From positions 62,001 through 126,000 of the forward strand of contig JALMLS010000208.1 in assembly GCA_038496445.1 (NCBI GenBank): a stretch of 64,000 nucleotides of DNA. Reading direction: 5' to 3'. The notes below the pieces were generated by a model. The model was given only the letters and a program-made list of their open reading frames with translations, had not been told where the DNA came from and did not search any database. Every line of letters begins with the position of its first letter. Position 1 is the first letter of the stretch. Shown here piece after piece: positions 1 to 12,161 of the stretch. Source of the DNA: Trichosphaerium sp. ATCC 40318. Taxonomy: Eukaryota > Protista > Tubulinea. The position numbers and the translations under genes were made by a program.

Positions 1-3000
1 CGCCAAGAATCCTTTCTGAATCTTAAAGAGCAAGGACAAGACGGCAACAAATAATCTTTGTTATGATTCTATTTTTCTTAGTTTTTTCTTACATTAATCC
101 TCTTTAGTTTTTCAACACCAGAGCTTCATAAACTGCTTTATCAGACTTTAACTGACTTGTGCACATATAATTTTGATTTAAGAGAGAGCTTGACTCTATC
201 ATCTTCTTTCATCCGATTCATCATTACAAAACTTGACAATGTTGATGTTAGTGTTTTGTTTTATACTATTTTAAGTCATTTCAAACCAAGTGGTATTCGT
301 CAGTTTGTGGGCCAAGTACGCTACTAACGCTATTTTAATTATGGTCTTTCATTTATTAGTTGTTTGTAGTCGTCTGCAATGGTTGGTATTCAGGTTTTTG
401 CTGATTTAGAACCAAGGTACACAACTGTAGTGTTAGGCTACTTTAAGAATTTTTCTTCGTCATCCAAATATGGCCTCTCACTTTGTTTCATAACCAAACA
501 GAGTAGTTTATGTTTTTTGCTCTACAATTACAGTTCTAATAAAATTAATAACATGCCTTTATTTATTAACAGTTTCGGTTAGGGCTAGAGAAGGAATGCT
601 TGAATGTGTCATCAAATGGATAAATATACGACTGGAGACAAACTTAAGAAAGAATAATGTTAAAAAACTGGCTACACCTAAGCTTGAGATGTTTACAAAC
701 GTAATTTACAACTACCTAATTGATCACTATGCAATGGAACAAGTGAGTGCTAAAATTCTTTTTGGAATTCAACTTTTATTCAAACAGTTTTCAATCAAGT
801 TTGTCATCTATCTCCAAAGTTTATGGTTTAACGAAAGCAGATAGCGCTATGTTTGAATCTTTAACTAAGAAACTAAAACGTTTAAATTTCTTACCTAGTG
901 ATCACATGTCACTGACTGATCCTTAACTAGGTTTCGTCATATCTTGGTTTGTGTACCAGACTTTGTACTGGAAAAGTATCACATGCAAGAGAGACAACGT
1001 TTAAGGTTAAGGATAATGATAAGGATGATAAGTATACCATCTTATGTCTTCCTTGTATGAGGCAATACATTGATAAAACAAAGAAGAAAAGTAACTGCAT
1101 ATCATACAATTACGCAAGTTCATCTCATTGTGGTTGTCCTGAGGCAGAAGATATCTTTACCCCACAAGTAAACACGATTGATAAGCCTATTTCTTTGGAA
1201 CGAATAAGTAACGGAAAGATAGTCATCAAACAAGGCACGAAACAAGCAATCTTGTTTTTTCAGAGAGCATGTTTTTTTTTAAATATCTTGCATCTACATG
1301 CGCAAATCACGTGCAATTATATTCTCATTAATTTATTATCTCAGATATACTACCAAAGCATGTTGTAGTAAAAGACCGCCCAGATTGTCAAATAATAATA
1401 ACATCAACTCCTAAAAAAGGTACTTGCCTTGAACCAAAACCAGAGTGCTCGCCAATAGCTTGAATATACTAATTTGTTGTTGCAAGTTATGATCTTCTCT
1501 GAGCAAGTATTTGGAGATCCTCAAAGAAAACCAGATAATGGGTTCACGTACTTTGAAGTGGCACCTGTAGATCCTGGATATCAAATTTCAATGTCCATTG
1601 GCGTATCACCTATATCATTCTATGCAGAAAAACCACCCGAGAAACCTAGTTACAATCAGGATGTTACTGGGGGTTTAGGTCCACCTCCACTAACTCCTGA
1701 ACCAGAAAAAGTGGAACCAAGTGTACCAAAACGTGTTATAAATGATAGAATGCTTGGTGACGTAATTGGTATGGAGTGAACTTCTTAAACTCTATTTTTT
1801 TTGAATTGTTTTTACTTCCTTGACTTATTGTCTATTAGAGTCAATGGGTTATTGTTCTACTGATGGTAAATTGAGATATCGTGATGCTACAGGCAAAAGA
1901 GATGAGGTTTTAATTGGACCACCATACTCAGCTGGTACGTCATGACTTGTTTCTGTTTTTTCAAAATAGCTAGAAAAAGTTCTATAGAAATTTGAGTCTG
2001 TGCCCATCCTGAGCACTCTGTTATACTAAATTATATCATATATTTTAATACTAGTGCGCCTTGTTGTTGGTAGGCTATAAATACGTTATCTTCTTTTTTA
2101 TTGTGTTTTGATAAAGAAGTTTATTTTTTCACAAGGTCAACGTATTGGATGTGGTGTTACTTCAGCAGGTGATGTGTTTTTTACACATCAAGGCAAATAT
2201 ATTGGAAAATCCCCATTGAAGGTAGTATCAGACATAAAATACCATGCGGCAGTGTCTTTTGCGAGTAGATTCACAGCAATCAAATTTTACACAAAACCTC
2301 CTTTTTTTTTCGATCCAGAGAGTCTCCAAGACAATGTCGACAAGTACATTGGTGGATCTTATATTTGGCCTAAAGCTTTTCCAGAAGCTATTAGTGCTTT
2401 TGTAGATAATTTCGGTGAGATAAAGCCTAACCTAAGAGATGTTGGTGAAGAAATGATAAAGAGAGGTGGATTTGAAAAAGAGAAATGGGAACACATAGAA
2501 TCAGCGCTCCTTGGAACTGAAGCTCCAGGCTGTATTAAACTAAAGCAAGATCAAGCAGCTAAACAGCAACAACCTATTGAAGAAGAACAATCAGGTTTTA
2601 ACTGGGGTGAAAACCCTCCACACAAGCAACAAGAACAAGCTGGTTTTAACTGGGGTGAAAACCCTCCACACAAGCAACAACAAAATCAAGAAGATGACTT
2701 TTGGGTTAACAAAGCAAACGAGGTACCTGTTCTTGTTTTTTTCTCATAATTTAACTGACCGTTTGAAGAAACAACTAGAGCCTCATGTGAGACCTAAGCG
2801 CAAAGCGCCTCCTCCAAAGAAGAAGCAAATTATTCTTGTATGCGTACAAGAGTTTAAGGCTGAACAAGGAGGAGATATGTCTGTAGAACCAGGAGACATG
2901 ATAACACTACTTGAAGACTATGGAAATGGTTGGATATCTGGTGTTAATACTACTACTGGAAGTCAAGGCGATTGTCCAAAAGATTGTTGTATGGATAGTG

Positions 3001-3074
3001 AGGCAGCAAGTAATGGAGGAATCAGTGTTAAACCGCCATCTTTACCTTCATTTTCAGACTTTGCATCTAAATAA
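1..3074 (+). CDS. Multi-exon SPRY + SH3 domain protein (5' end lies upstream of the window), with a degenerate UBR-like Cys cluster
   Basis: SPRY-like exons (FTYFEV...MSIGVS, GQRIGCGVTSAGDVFFTHQGKYIG...YHAAVSF) and a C-terminal SH3 (CVQEFKAEQGGDMSVEPGDMITLLEDYGNGWISG...GDCP). GT-AG introns plus one GC-AG intron (1235-1344). Stop TAA at 3074. Confidence 0.8.
2583..2678 (+). repeat. Two 48-bp tandem coding repeats (EQxGFNWGENPPHKQQ)
   Basis: aagaacaa(tca/gct)ggttttaactggggtgaaaaccctccacacaagcaac starts at 2583 and again at 2631. Confidence 0.95.
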
Positions 3075-4649
3075 ACTTTTTTTGACTACAATACATCGCC
3101 CACAGATTCTACTTGCAGAATTACAAACCATTTTCTTTGTTACTGGGTAGGATTATGCAGTCACACCAAGGTCTACTTATAGCCAAGTCCTTTGTCAGTC
3201 GGCAGTAATTGCTGAGCACTGGTATTGGAATTATGTTTCAACATTTTTTTGGGTTAGCATTCTTGTGCAAGCCTAAGCTACGCTGCCGTAGTTTTGTGTA
3301 CACGCATACAGGCTAACTTGCTTTGGATTTCCTTACACATGTGCAAGTGAATCACTTAGAATGGCACATTTTTATGCTTCAAAAATGGCCAGTTTTCTGT
3401 GTAGATTTTTTTTCAATCTGTCAACATATAAGGCCAACGCGGTCCAAACAACAAACAGTTGTAACAGATGGGTTTAGATATATATATAACTTCTGCCCCA
3501 CTTAAACACAACTTTTTATACTTGCAGAGAGACTGACATATCATGAGCAAGTGCTCAAGGAGACGTATGCTGATACTTTCCTTATTAGGCAACAGTTCTT
3601 GTCCTTTTTAGTAAATAATTTTTCTCACGCTTAGAACATAATTTTACGCTTTCAAACTCCATATCCTCATTTAACAGTACGTTTTAAAGCCGATAAGCGT
3701 GTGTGGAACGCTTACGTAATCTAGCTTGTGTGGACTGTGAACTATCTATTTTTCTTTTTACATCTATGCTGCAATGTCTACCAACACTCAAGTCACTATC
3801 GCTAGTTATAAAACAACAAATAAACAGTGAGTTTCAGGCCTGGATAAGTCGCAGTTCATGACTTTAAGACGCTATGTTGTTAACAATTTTCGTATATGAC
3901 TTTGAACTTAGTGTGTGACTGTGACATTATCTTGTTAACGTGTACTACACACTACTGCTATGTACAATCTGTCTCGAACAAGCACCTCGTCTCAATGTAA
4001 AAGCATCAAAAATTAACAGTTGATTTCGGGCTGAGATACAGTCACAGTCATAAGTTTCAATTCATCATCAAAAAGTACAAGTCATAAATTAAAGACAACA
4101 ATTAACGAAAACACTCCTCTTCATTGTGAAGCAACCTATTGATAAACAATATGAGCTCTAGTACGTGTTTGGTAGTAAATTAACCTATTTTTCTTTTTTT
4201 CGATGTACTTATGCGCAATAGAGGGCAAAATGAGTACTAAGTTTATCACACGGTTCATTACTCACGTGAAGGGGAAAAAAACGCAGTACATTAACAGTCT
4301 TTGTGTGAGCATGAAGATAAAGCCTCCTCATACTCCTGACGCTCTGGCTAACCACGTAGAAACAAGTACGTTCGATAACTTGATTTTTGATGCTTTTTCT
4401 TTTGTCGTTTCATCATTGTTCATCTTCTTTCGTGTACGCTTTGCTTTACAACTTTAACAACGCAACAGCGCGTATTACGCCCTAACAGTTGCTTTTTTTT
4501 CATTTTATCTTTTTACAAACGTTAATGCCATTTTTCTCGTAAACTTAGTAATACGCACTATTTTACCCTTAAATCCGTCATGGCGTCACTTTGTAAACCG
4601 TTTTTAATTCATAAATACTCTTTTTTTTTTTTTTCTCTTTTTTTTTATT

Positions 4650-7399
4650 TTGCTTACCTTGTCACCAGGAAAGTTACTGGCGCTTACAAATGATAAACTA
4701 CGAGCCATGCGAAAGAAACAAAAAATAGACGGCAAGCCCTCAACAAAGGCAGAGTTGGTGTGGAGTTATTTATCACACACATCCTCCAGGTTCGTAGAAC
4801 AACTTTACATTTGTGTTGTTTTGAAGCTCACTTATTATTGTATTAGCTACTGTCAAGCCTACACGAAAAAGAAAGGCTGTACAACCAGCAGCCACAAGTG
4901 AATCTAAAAAGCGGCGACATGAAAAAAAATCGAAAAAAACAAACCGTCTTGTTCTAGAACGACAGCACAGTGAGCCTTTCGATAACAGGATATTGGTACG
5001 AGTTTTTTAGTTAATACATGAAAGCGAATGTACTAACACCATGTTAATAGGCGCTGGAGAACAAGTACGAAACACTAGCTACCGGACAAAAGGAAATGGA
5101 AGTAAAATTTGCAATTGCAGAGGCTGATATAAGTGCATACAAAATCCGTATTAGCACTTACGAAAAACATACTGCAGACTTATTAGAGAAAATTACCAGA
5201 GCTGAAGACAGAGCTGCCAGAGCTGAGGAGCAAGCTGCCAGAGCTGAGGAGCTTGAGCAAAAGAATAATGAGGAAATTGCTAAGTTGAAAAAAAAAGCAG
5301 CTGAGCTCAAGAAACAAGCGGCTGAGATAAAAAAAGAAGCAGCTGAATCAAGAAAGCGTTCGTCAGAATTAAAAAAGATACTTGAAGCGAAAGAGAAGAA
5401 ACTTGGTGATTTACAAAGAGAAGCTGCCACATTCCGACAAATAATTGTTGATGTTAGAAAGGAAAAAAATGCTGCACTTGCCCACCACGATGAACAAATT
5501 GCTGAGATAACATGCAGGTTAAACTCAGCAGCTTTTAAGGCATTTAGCAAAGTTTCAATTATGGGTACATTTTTTTTTTTTGGCTCTTTTTTTTTTTGTT
5601 GTTGTGCCCACCTAACTTTTGCTCAAGACTATACTTGTTGCTTTGAACAGCTTGATCTAAAAAGCAAGATTATGAAGAAAGCAAAAAAGTGGATTGCTGA
5701 AAACCTCGATGCGACCATGTTTCCTCACTTTACAAAGACATTGCTTTCCGAGCTCAAAATTCAGGAAAAAGAGCTTGCTGAGTATGAGCGACGCGAGATC
5801 AAAAAAGTTGATAACACTGAGCATGCCCTTAACGCTCTTATATTTAATATAATGAAAGAAATGGAATTGCCACATTTGAAGGTGATAGACACTCACGCTG
5901 AGGCATCTTTATTTTCGTTCAAGGGATTTGGCATTGTTAAAAAACATTTACCTGATTTGGTATTCACTGCCAACATACAAGGCATTGATTCAAAACGTCC
6001 TAACCCGCTCCAAATCGTTATGACAATGGAAATTAAAGTTGGTACCATTGCTCCAAGGCATTTAGGACAAGCAATGTACGTTAAAACTATTCTCTAGTCA
6101 CTTTTTCTTTTCTTTTTTTTTGATTTTTTGAATAAATTCATCTGACCTAATCTGTTTAGGGTTTCCTTGGCCAACTTCATGGCAGTACAGACACCAAGAA
6201 CAACTATGACAAGTATAGTATTGAGCGAAACTGAGGTCAAATTTGTTCGCTTGGTCTGGGACAATCAAAAAAAGGATTATCACTATGAGGTAACTGATAA
6301 ATACGCAACAAATGAGGAAAATGCTGAGGGCTGCAAAATGCTGAGAGATATCCTAAGTTGTACACCTGAAGACCTTGGGTGGTCGCTTCCTGCGTTTACT
6401 GTTAATGGTTGCGATTACGCACCAAAACAGCAAATAGGCAGTGGCGCAACATCGACTGTATATCGCATTACAGTTACCAATACAGAGAACACAGATGACA
6501 TAGAACACGTTGAAAGAGAGGAAATGGCTGTCAAGGTGTTTAAAACCCTTTATGGTGACATTGCTGATGATGAGAAAACAACTCTGGAGGAGTTAAAACC
6601 ATTCAATATTCCAGGCGTTCCAGTACTTGTACGTTTATTTCTTTACCATTTTTTTTTTGTATTGACTTCTGTATTAGGTGTACTGGGGAAACAGCTCAAC
6701 TCGATATATACCATGTCATGACACCTATATGTGGTCCTATAAAACATATATCAGATTGTCCATCGTTTTCTCTGCTTGTAGAACTACTCAGGAGTGTTCA
6801 CAACGCTGGATATGTGCATCGGTACGCTCATCGGGTTTTTTTTTTCAAACGTTTTCACATTTTCTTACTTTTTTAGTGATGTGAGCGATGGTAACATATT
6901 GGTCAGAGATAAACAGCTTTATCTCATCGACTGGGGTTGTGCTTCCCGAGTAAATACTGAACAATATTACCAAGGCACATTGTTCTTTGCACCTGATGAA
7001 ATAGTGTCAGCTTTCATTGCAAAAAAAAAAATTGTATTCGAACCCTGTCATGATCTTATGGCATTGGTTTATGTCTTTATGAGATTTCGATGTTATACAC
7101 GACTCTTGAGGCAACTCAAAGAATTGTATTCAGAAATAAAATGGAGAGATAGCAAGAGTGTCAACCAAAAAACAGATGACATGGAAATTGACGGTGTGGA
7201 TAACTCTGACCGTGGCAACGAAGAAGATGATGGTACTACTAAAAAAGCGTTCTATACAAACCAGGAAGCTTTCAACAACTTTTATCAAAAACGCAAGGAA
7301 TTGATGGAAGGAAAGTTCTTAAAGCCCATGAAGTATGCTATGGACTGCAACTATGAAGCACTCATTGAATATTTCAATGACTTTTTCTGTGGTGTTTAA
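4650..7399 (+). CDS. Crinkler-like protein: SAP/HeH-like N-terminus, coiled coil, PD-(D/E)xK REase-like domain and FunK1-like protein kinase (start uncertain; probable frameshift near 4760)
   Basis: Spliced motifs: PDLVF...MEIK...HLGQ (REase fold), IGSGATSTVY, MAVKVF, and GYVHR|DVSDGNIL...LIDWG (HRDxSxxN type). A long E/K/A coiled coil runs from about 5096 to 5520. Confidence 0.75.
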
Positions 7400-7876
7400 A
7401 CAATAATTAAAAATAACGACTGATTCTCATTATGTACAAAGAAAAAAAAACAAAATAAAAAAAGTTGAGTCGATATGGTTTTTTTTTTTGTTTTTAAGTT
7501 GATTCTTCAGTTTCACCTCAATTGTCAACCTTCAGTTTTTTTTTACACGTGCTATCATATAATACAATCTTTGCCTTTGTCCAAGCCTGTTCTGGCAACA
7601 GACGTTAGATAGAGGTCAAGAGTGGGTAAAAAAGTAGCACAACATCCATAGCAGTAGCACTTTTTAGCGCTTTTTCAAACATCTCAACTAGAGCTGAAAA
7701 CCCTCAATTACGCTATAACTTAAAGTTGATGTGTTCAGTGCTTTCGATGCACCTTCTGTACTTTGTGTTATAATTAGCAATTGTACATAACCTAAAACCA
7801 AAACCAAAACTAGTTGTTTGTTCTAAAAATTTAGCATCTTTGGGTGATAGTCAAGGACATTTATTATTGAGTATTA

Positions 7877-10369
7877 CTACTTGATACCCATCAACTTAAA
7901 TACCCAAGCGTGAGTCATATCAGATTTCAAGAGTGTCTCATCTGGCATTGTGATTGTCAAACCTAAAACTGAAGTGAATAGGTGTCTTCCTCTTCTTCTT
8001 TTTTTGTGATTTCACTGTACCTCCAGAACAAGTAGATGACACAGATCCGTAACCCAACAACATCACTTTAGAATCCGTACTACATATTGGTGCTGATAGT
8101 ACAAGATTCTTTGTAGGCCACTAAAAGTTGTGTCAATGAGGATCGAAAAAAAAATCAAAAAAACAAACATCACAGTTTGCTGTTGTTACTGACCTTGAAC
8201 GTTATTGCATAAACAGCGTCACTTGTAGATGTATAGAATAACTCATCTGGAAAACAGATTTAGTAAGTATATGATTAAGAAAATAAAAAGAGAGCAGATT
8301 GTTTTTAAAATCACTTTACCATCAGTTTGGTTTTGAGCTCTCCAAGGTTTTGTCTCATAAATCGCCTCGCCATTTATTTTTAACCATGCGCCCATTTGCC
8401 TTAATCTTTCCTCAAAAACAGGTAATATACGACCATCAGCTAGGTTAGTGTTTAGTAATCGGAATAAATTAGCACGTGTTTCTAGAATCAACAAAAATCG
8501 TTTGTTTTCTTAGGTGCAGAAATATAAAGTAATTTTCGCGTTTACCTGTAGGACCAACATTGAGTAACAAGTTTCCTCCATATGCCACAGTTGTAACTAG
8601 TTCGTTCAGTAACTCATCAACCGATAGGTACATGTCAAGAGCAGAATTTCTGTTGTAGCTACAATGAAGAAGGTAAAAAAAACTAATACAATTTGTAAAA
8701 AAATACAAGTTACCCCCATGAAGACGAGTCTATTGTCATTGCGTTCTCCCACTTATGTTCAACAATTTTACCAGGATTGTATCTATATGAGAGAATGTTT
8801 AATATTATATATGTAGTGTAATAAAGCAACACCGTTCAACGAAGATGACGAACAAAACAATAGATCTTCCAAAAAAAAGTACCTGTCTTTGCAAGTCCAA
8901 TATCCGCCATGCTATTTACAAGTATTTAGCTTTTGGCTATATTATTTTAATTTAGCTACCTTGCAATTATCGTCTTTACCCCATCTATCATTTACAACAA
9001 TACTATCCTATTCACGCGATCAGTATAAACTTACCATTCGAAAAACAGAAGCTATTATTAGGTACTTTGACAGGTGATTCATTATACAACCACGCTAGAA
9101 ATTCCTTCGACTTCCAATATGTATCAGACATTTCCCTTTGATTTCAATTTAATATCAGATCAGATAGCATAATCACTCTTTGAGAGGAAAGACAAAGAAA
9201 GAAGAAAAAAAAGAAAAATAAATAAAAATTACCAGTCTCCGTCAGCCCATATCAATTCAGGCTTGTACTTCATTACAATATCATGAAGTTGTGGTGAAAG
9301 TATAGTATCAACATAAACAGTTGTGTTACCCTTATTCGCCTTATCAGCGAGATACAACGGGTTAAACCACTCCTTTAAAAATAATAAGAAACCAACAGAC
9401 CAAGAAAAAAAACATACAAATAAGCTGTGATAGAGACCCATGTGGAGTCCAGTCTTTCTCACTGCATCAGTCAATAACCCAACGCTATCTTTAAAGTACT
9501 TAGATTAACTAATACATCACGCGAGTGTCATACCTTGGTGAGGACCAGTATCAACAGAGTTCCAATTCCAAGCTTGAGGAGAAGGCCACTAACGGAAACA
9601 ATCAGCGCACTTTATCACGTGTTGCTGAGGTAAGTTTCTTACGTTACAAAATCCTTCGTGATGTTTAGACGTCAATACAACATATTTAGCGCCACTTGCT
9701 GAGAAAATAGAGGCCCATTCAGTAGCATTAAAAAGCTCCGCTTTGAACATAGGCTACAAAAAGCACAGTTAATTAAACTATGCCTCACTACAGCCTGAGT
9801 TTACACGTACCGCGAAATCAGGATACGTAAAATCTTTACCGTATACACGGTCATGAAATGCCACAGTGCAAGGATCCCTGAAAATCAACTTGTTAGGCAC
9901 AAACGAATGGAAAGGTAAAAAACTTTTCAGTTTGTTTTTTTTTGGTTTTTTGGAAAAATCTTGTACTTATTCCCATCTAGATGCCACCAATACCATTCAC
10001 CAGATGCTCCACCCTTAAGAAAAGAGGTTAAACGTATGAAAAGCAAGAAACAATAACGTACACCAGTACAACCGTAAGACGGAACAGAAAAAACGCCCCA
10101 ATGGATAAAAATGCCAAACTTCGACTGGTCGTACCTAACAAACGCGAGGTTAGTATTGTATGGATAAATTAAGGTACCGTTGGAAAATAAAATGTCACGT
10201 GACAAAAGATGATTAAAAGATCAGTTCTGAGACGGTTTAAAGCGAAAAAAAGTAATATTTACCACTTTGGTAGAGGTCTAGAATCAAGACTCTCCCATGT
10301 AGGTTTGTACTGTGCTGTCACGTGCGTGATAAATAGAAGCGCTACTATAGCACCCAACGTATGTTTCAT
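7877..10369 (-). CDS. FUCA: Alpha-L-fucosidase (GH29), secreted/lysosomal, multi-exon
   Basis: Signal peptide, then [87 protein letters not shown]. Confidence 0.95.
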
Positions 10370-10659
10370 ATTCGCGTTAACTTATGCCTTTGTTATTGTG
10401 AATGATAAAGTCAAACAAAAACGCTTAAATTTCTAGCGTTGCTTAAGTCACTTTCAATAACCACTAATACATACATTAGCCAAAGCTTCCAACAAACCAC
10501 CTCTCAAGTACGTTTATGTTTGGACTTATTTAATAAGTCCTTTAACAAAAAAAAAGTTGTCAATCAATCATGTGTAAAAAAGGATGGTAGACAAGGAAAC
10601 CAAGCTACCCATTAAAAAACAAGTGTGTAGTTGGTTGAAAGTTGACTGTTTAACACCAT

Positions 10660-10900
10660 ATGGCAATGATGTTGACGTAACATATTGGCCAGAGATAAAC
10701 AGCGTTACCTCATCGATTGGGTTGTGCTTAGTAAATACTGAACAAGAATATCAAAGCACCTGATGAAATGGTGGCTGCTTTCGTTGCAAAAAACAAGATC
10801 ATATTCGAACCTTGTGATGATCTTGTGGCATTGGTCCATATCTTTATGAGATTGTACTGCCAGAAATCACTCTTGAGGCAACTCAAAAAACTGTATTTAA
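10660..10900 (+). pseudogene. Decayed copy of the kinase C-lobe of the 4650-7399 gene
   Basis: Nucleotide match to about 6880-7130 (gtaacatattgg.cagagataaacagc...atcga.tgggttgtgctt...cacctgatgaaat...tcttgaggcaactcaaa), with several deletions and frameshifts. Confidence 0.9.
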
Positions 10901-12161
10901 CAAATACAGTTGGAAAATGACGAGGATGTCAACAACAAAAAAAAGAACAAATCTTACTGTAACGTGTATTCAAAGGTTGTTAATAATCATAATCTTGAGC
11001 GTGTTTTATTTCTAATTGTATGGCTACAGTTTAGCTCAACTGACCTTCAGGTTCGCCAAATGCTGAACGTAACATGGCTTTTTTCATTCCATTTTTAAAG
11101 GTGAGTTTACTCTCGTTACAATACTCTGCAAGCATTTTAGCTACATTCACTGACTTGCTTCTTGGTACGCATCTGATGATGCCTAGAAATAAGATAAGTG
11201 AGAGGCTTAAAAGGTTGACTTACTGGCACATTGAGCAACGCTTAAGGAAAGGTTTTTGTCCTCTAGAATTTCTTCAGTTTTTTCCTCCTTCTGTGATGTT
11301 CTCCCTTTCTTTATGTAGTCCTTGATAACGTTCGCTTCTGATTCAGTTGCTGCTCTTATACAAGTGCCTTTCTTTGCTCCCACACTCATGCTGTTGTTGT
11401 TTAGATTGTTGTTTTAAAACTGTGAATGTTATTTAAACGCTTTGACTGGTGCTGTTTTTTAGAACATTTGATGAACAGTATGACTGACAAACCTGTTGGC
11501 GAATCTTATCTTGTGTGCTTCGTGTGGTGCATTTTTAAAGGCGTAGCAGCTCTTTTTCAAAGCATAGTCTTTTTTTTTCTGATTAGTTAACAAATAGAGT
11601 CTTTGTTTTTAAAGATTCACCATGTATGTTTGACTGAACTTTGACACGTGTGTGTTTTATCCATTAACATTGCTTGAATAATGTGTTTGGAGCTTCACTG
11701 TATTCTGGGAATCGGTTACATCTGGAAAAACTAGATTTTTCTTTATCGCAAGCTTTCGTGTTTGATTATCAACAAATAATCCGACGCACAGAATAAAGGA
11801 GTTTAATAAAATACTTACGGAACTGGCCATGACAAACACCTGTTTTGTATTTAGTCATGGTTATAATTTCGTTGAGGGCTTATCAATGCTTGATAAGTTA
11901 CAGGTAATGCACAAGATACATTGCCTTCTTCTGTTGAAAACCAAACGGTTTTTGGTACATTGATACAAAAACAACTTTTCAGAAAGTGGAAAAACGTGAT
12001 ATAACTAAAAGCCTACAAACACCAATTTATTCACATACATGGCTAAGACTGAAATACGTAAAACAGACCTTATAAGTTCACAAGGTCCAGAAACAAGCTC
12101 AATGTTCATCTATCACATTTTGCTAATTCTGCCATTGTTTTCCGAACTAAACACTGTAAAC

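Noticed and set aside
5158-5550. Antisense ORFs in the track (e.g. 5158-5550, 35121-35735, 42182-42640, 57612-57968)
   Set aside because: Shadow ORFs opposite genuine coding exons.
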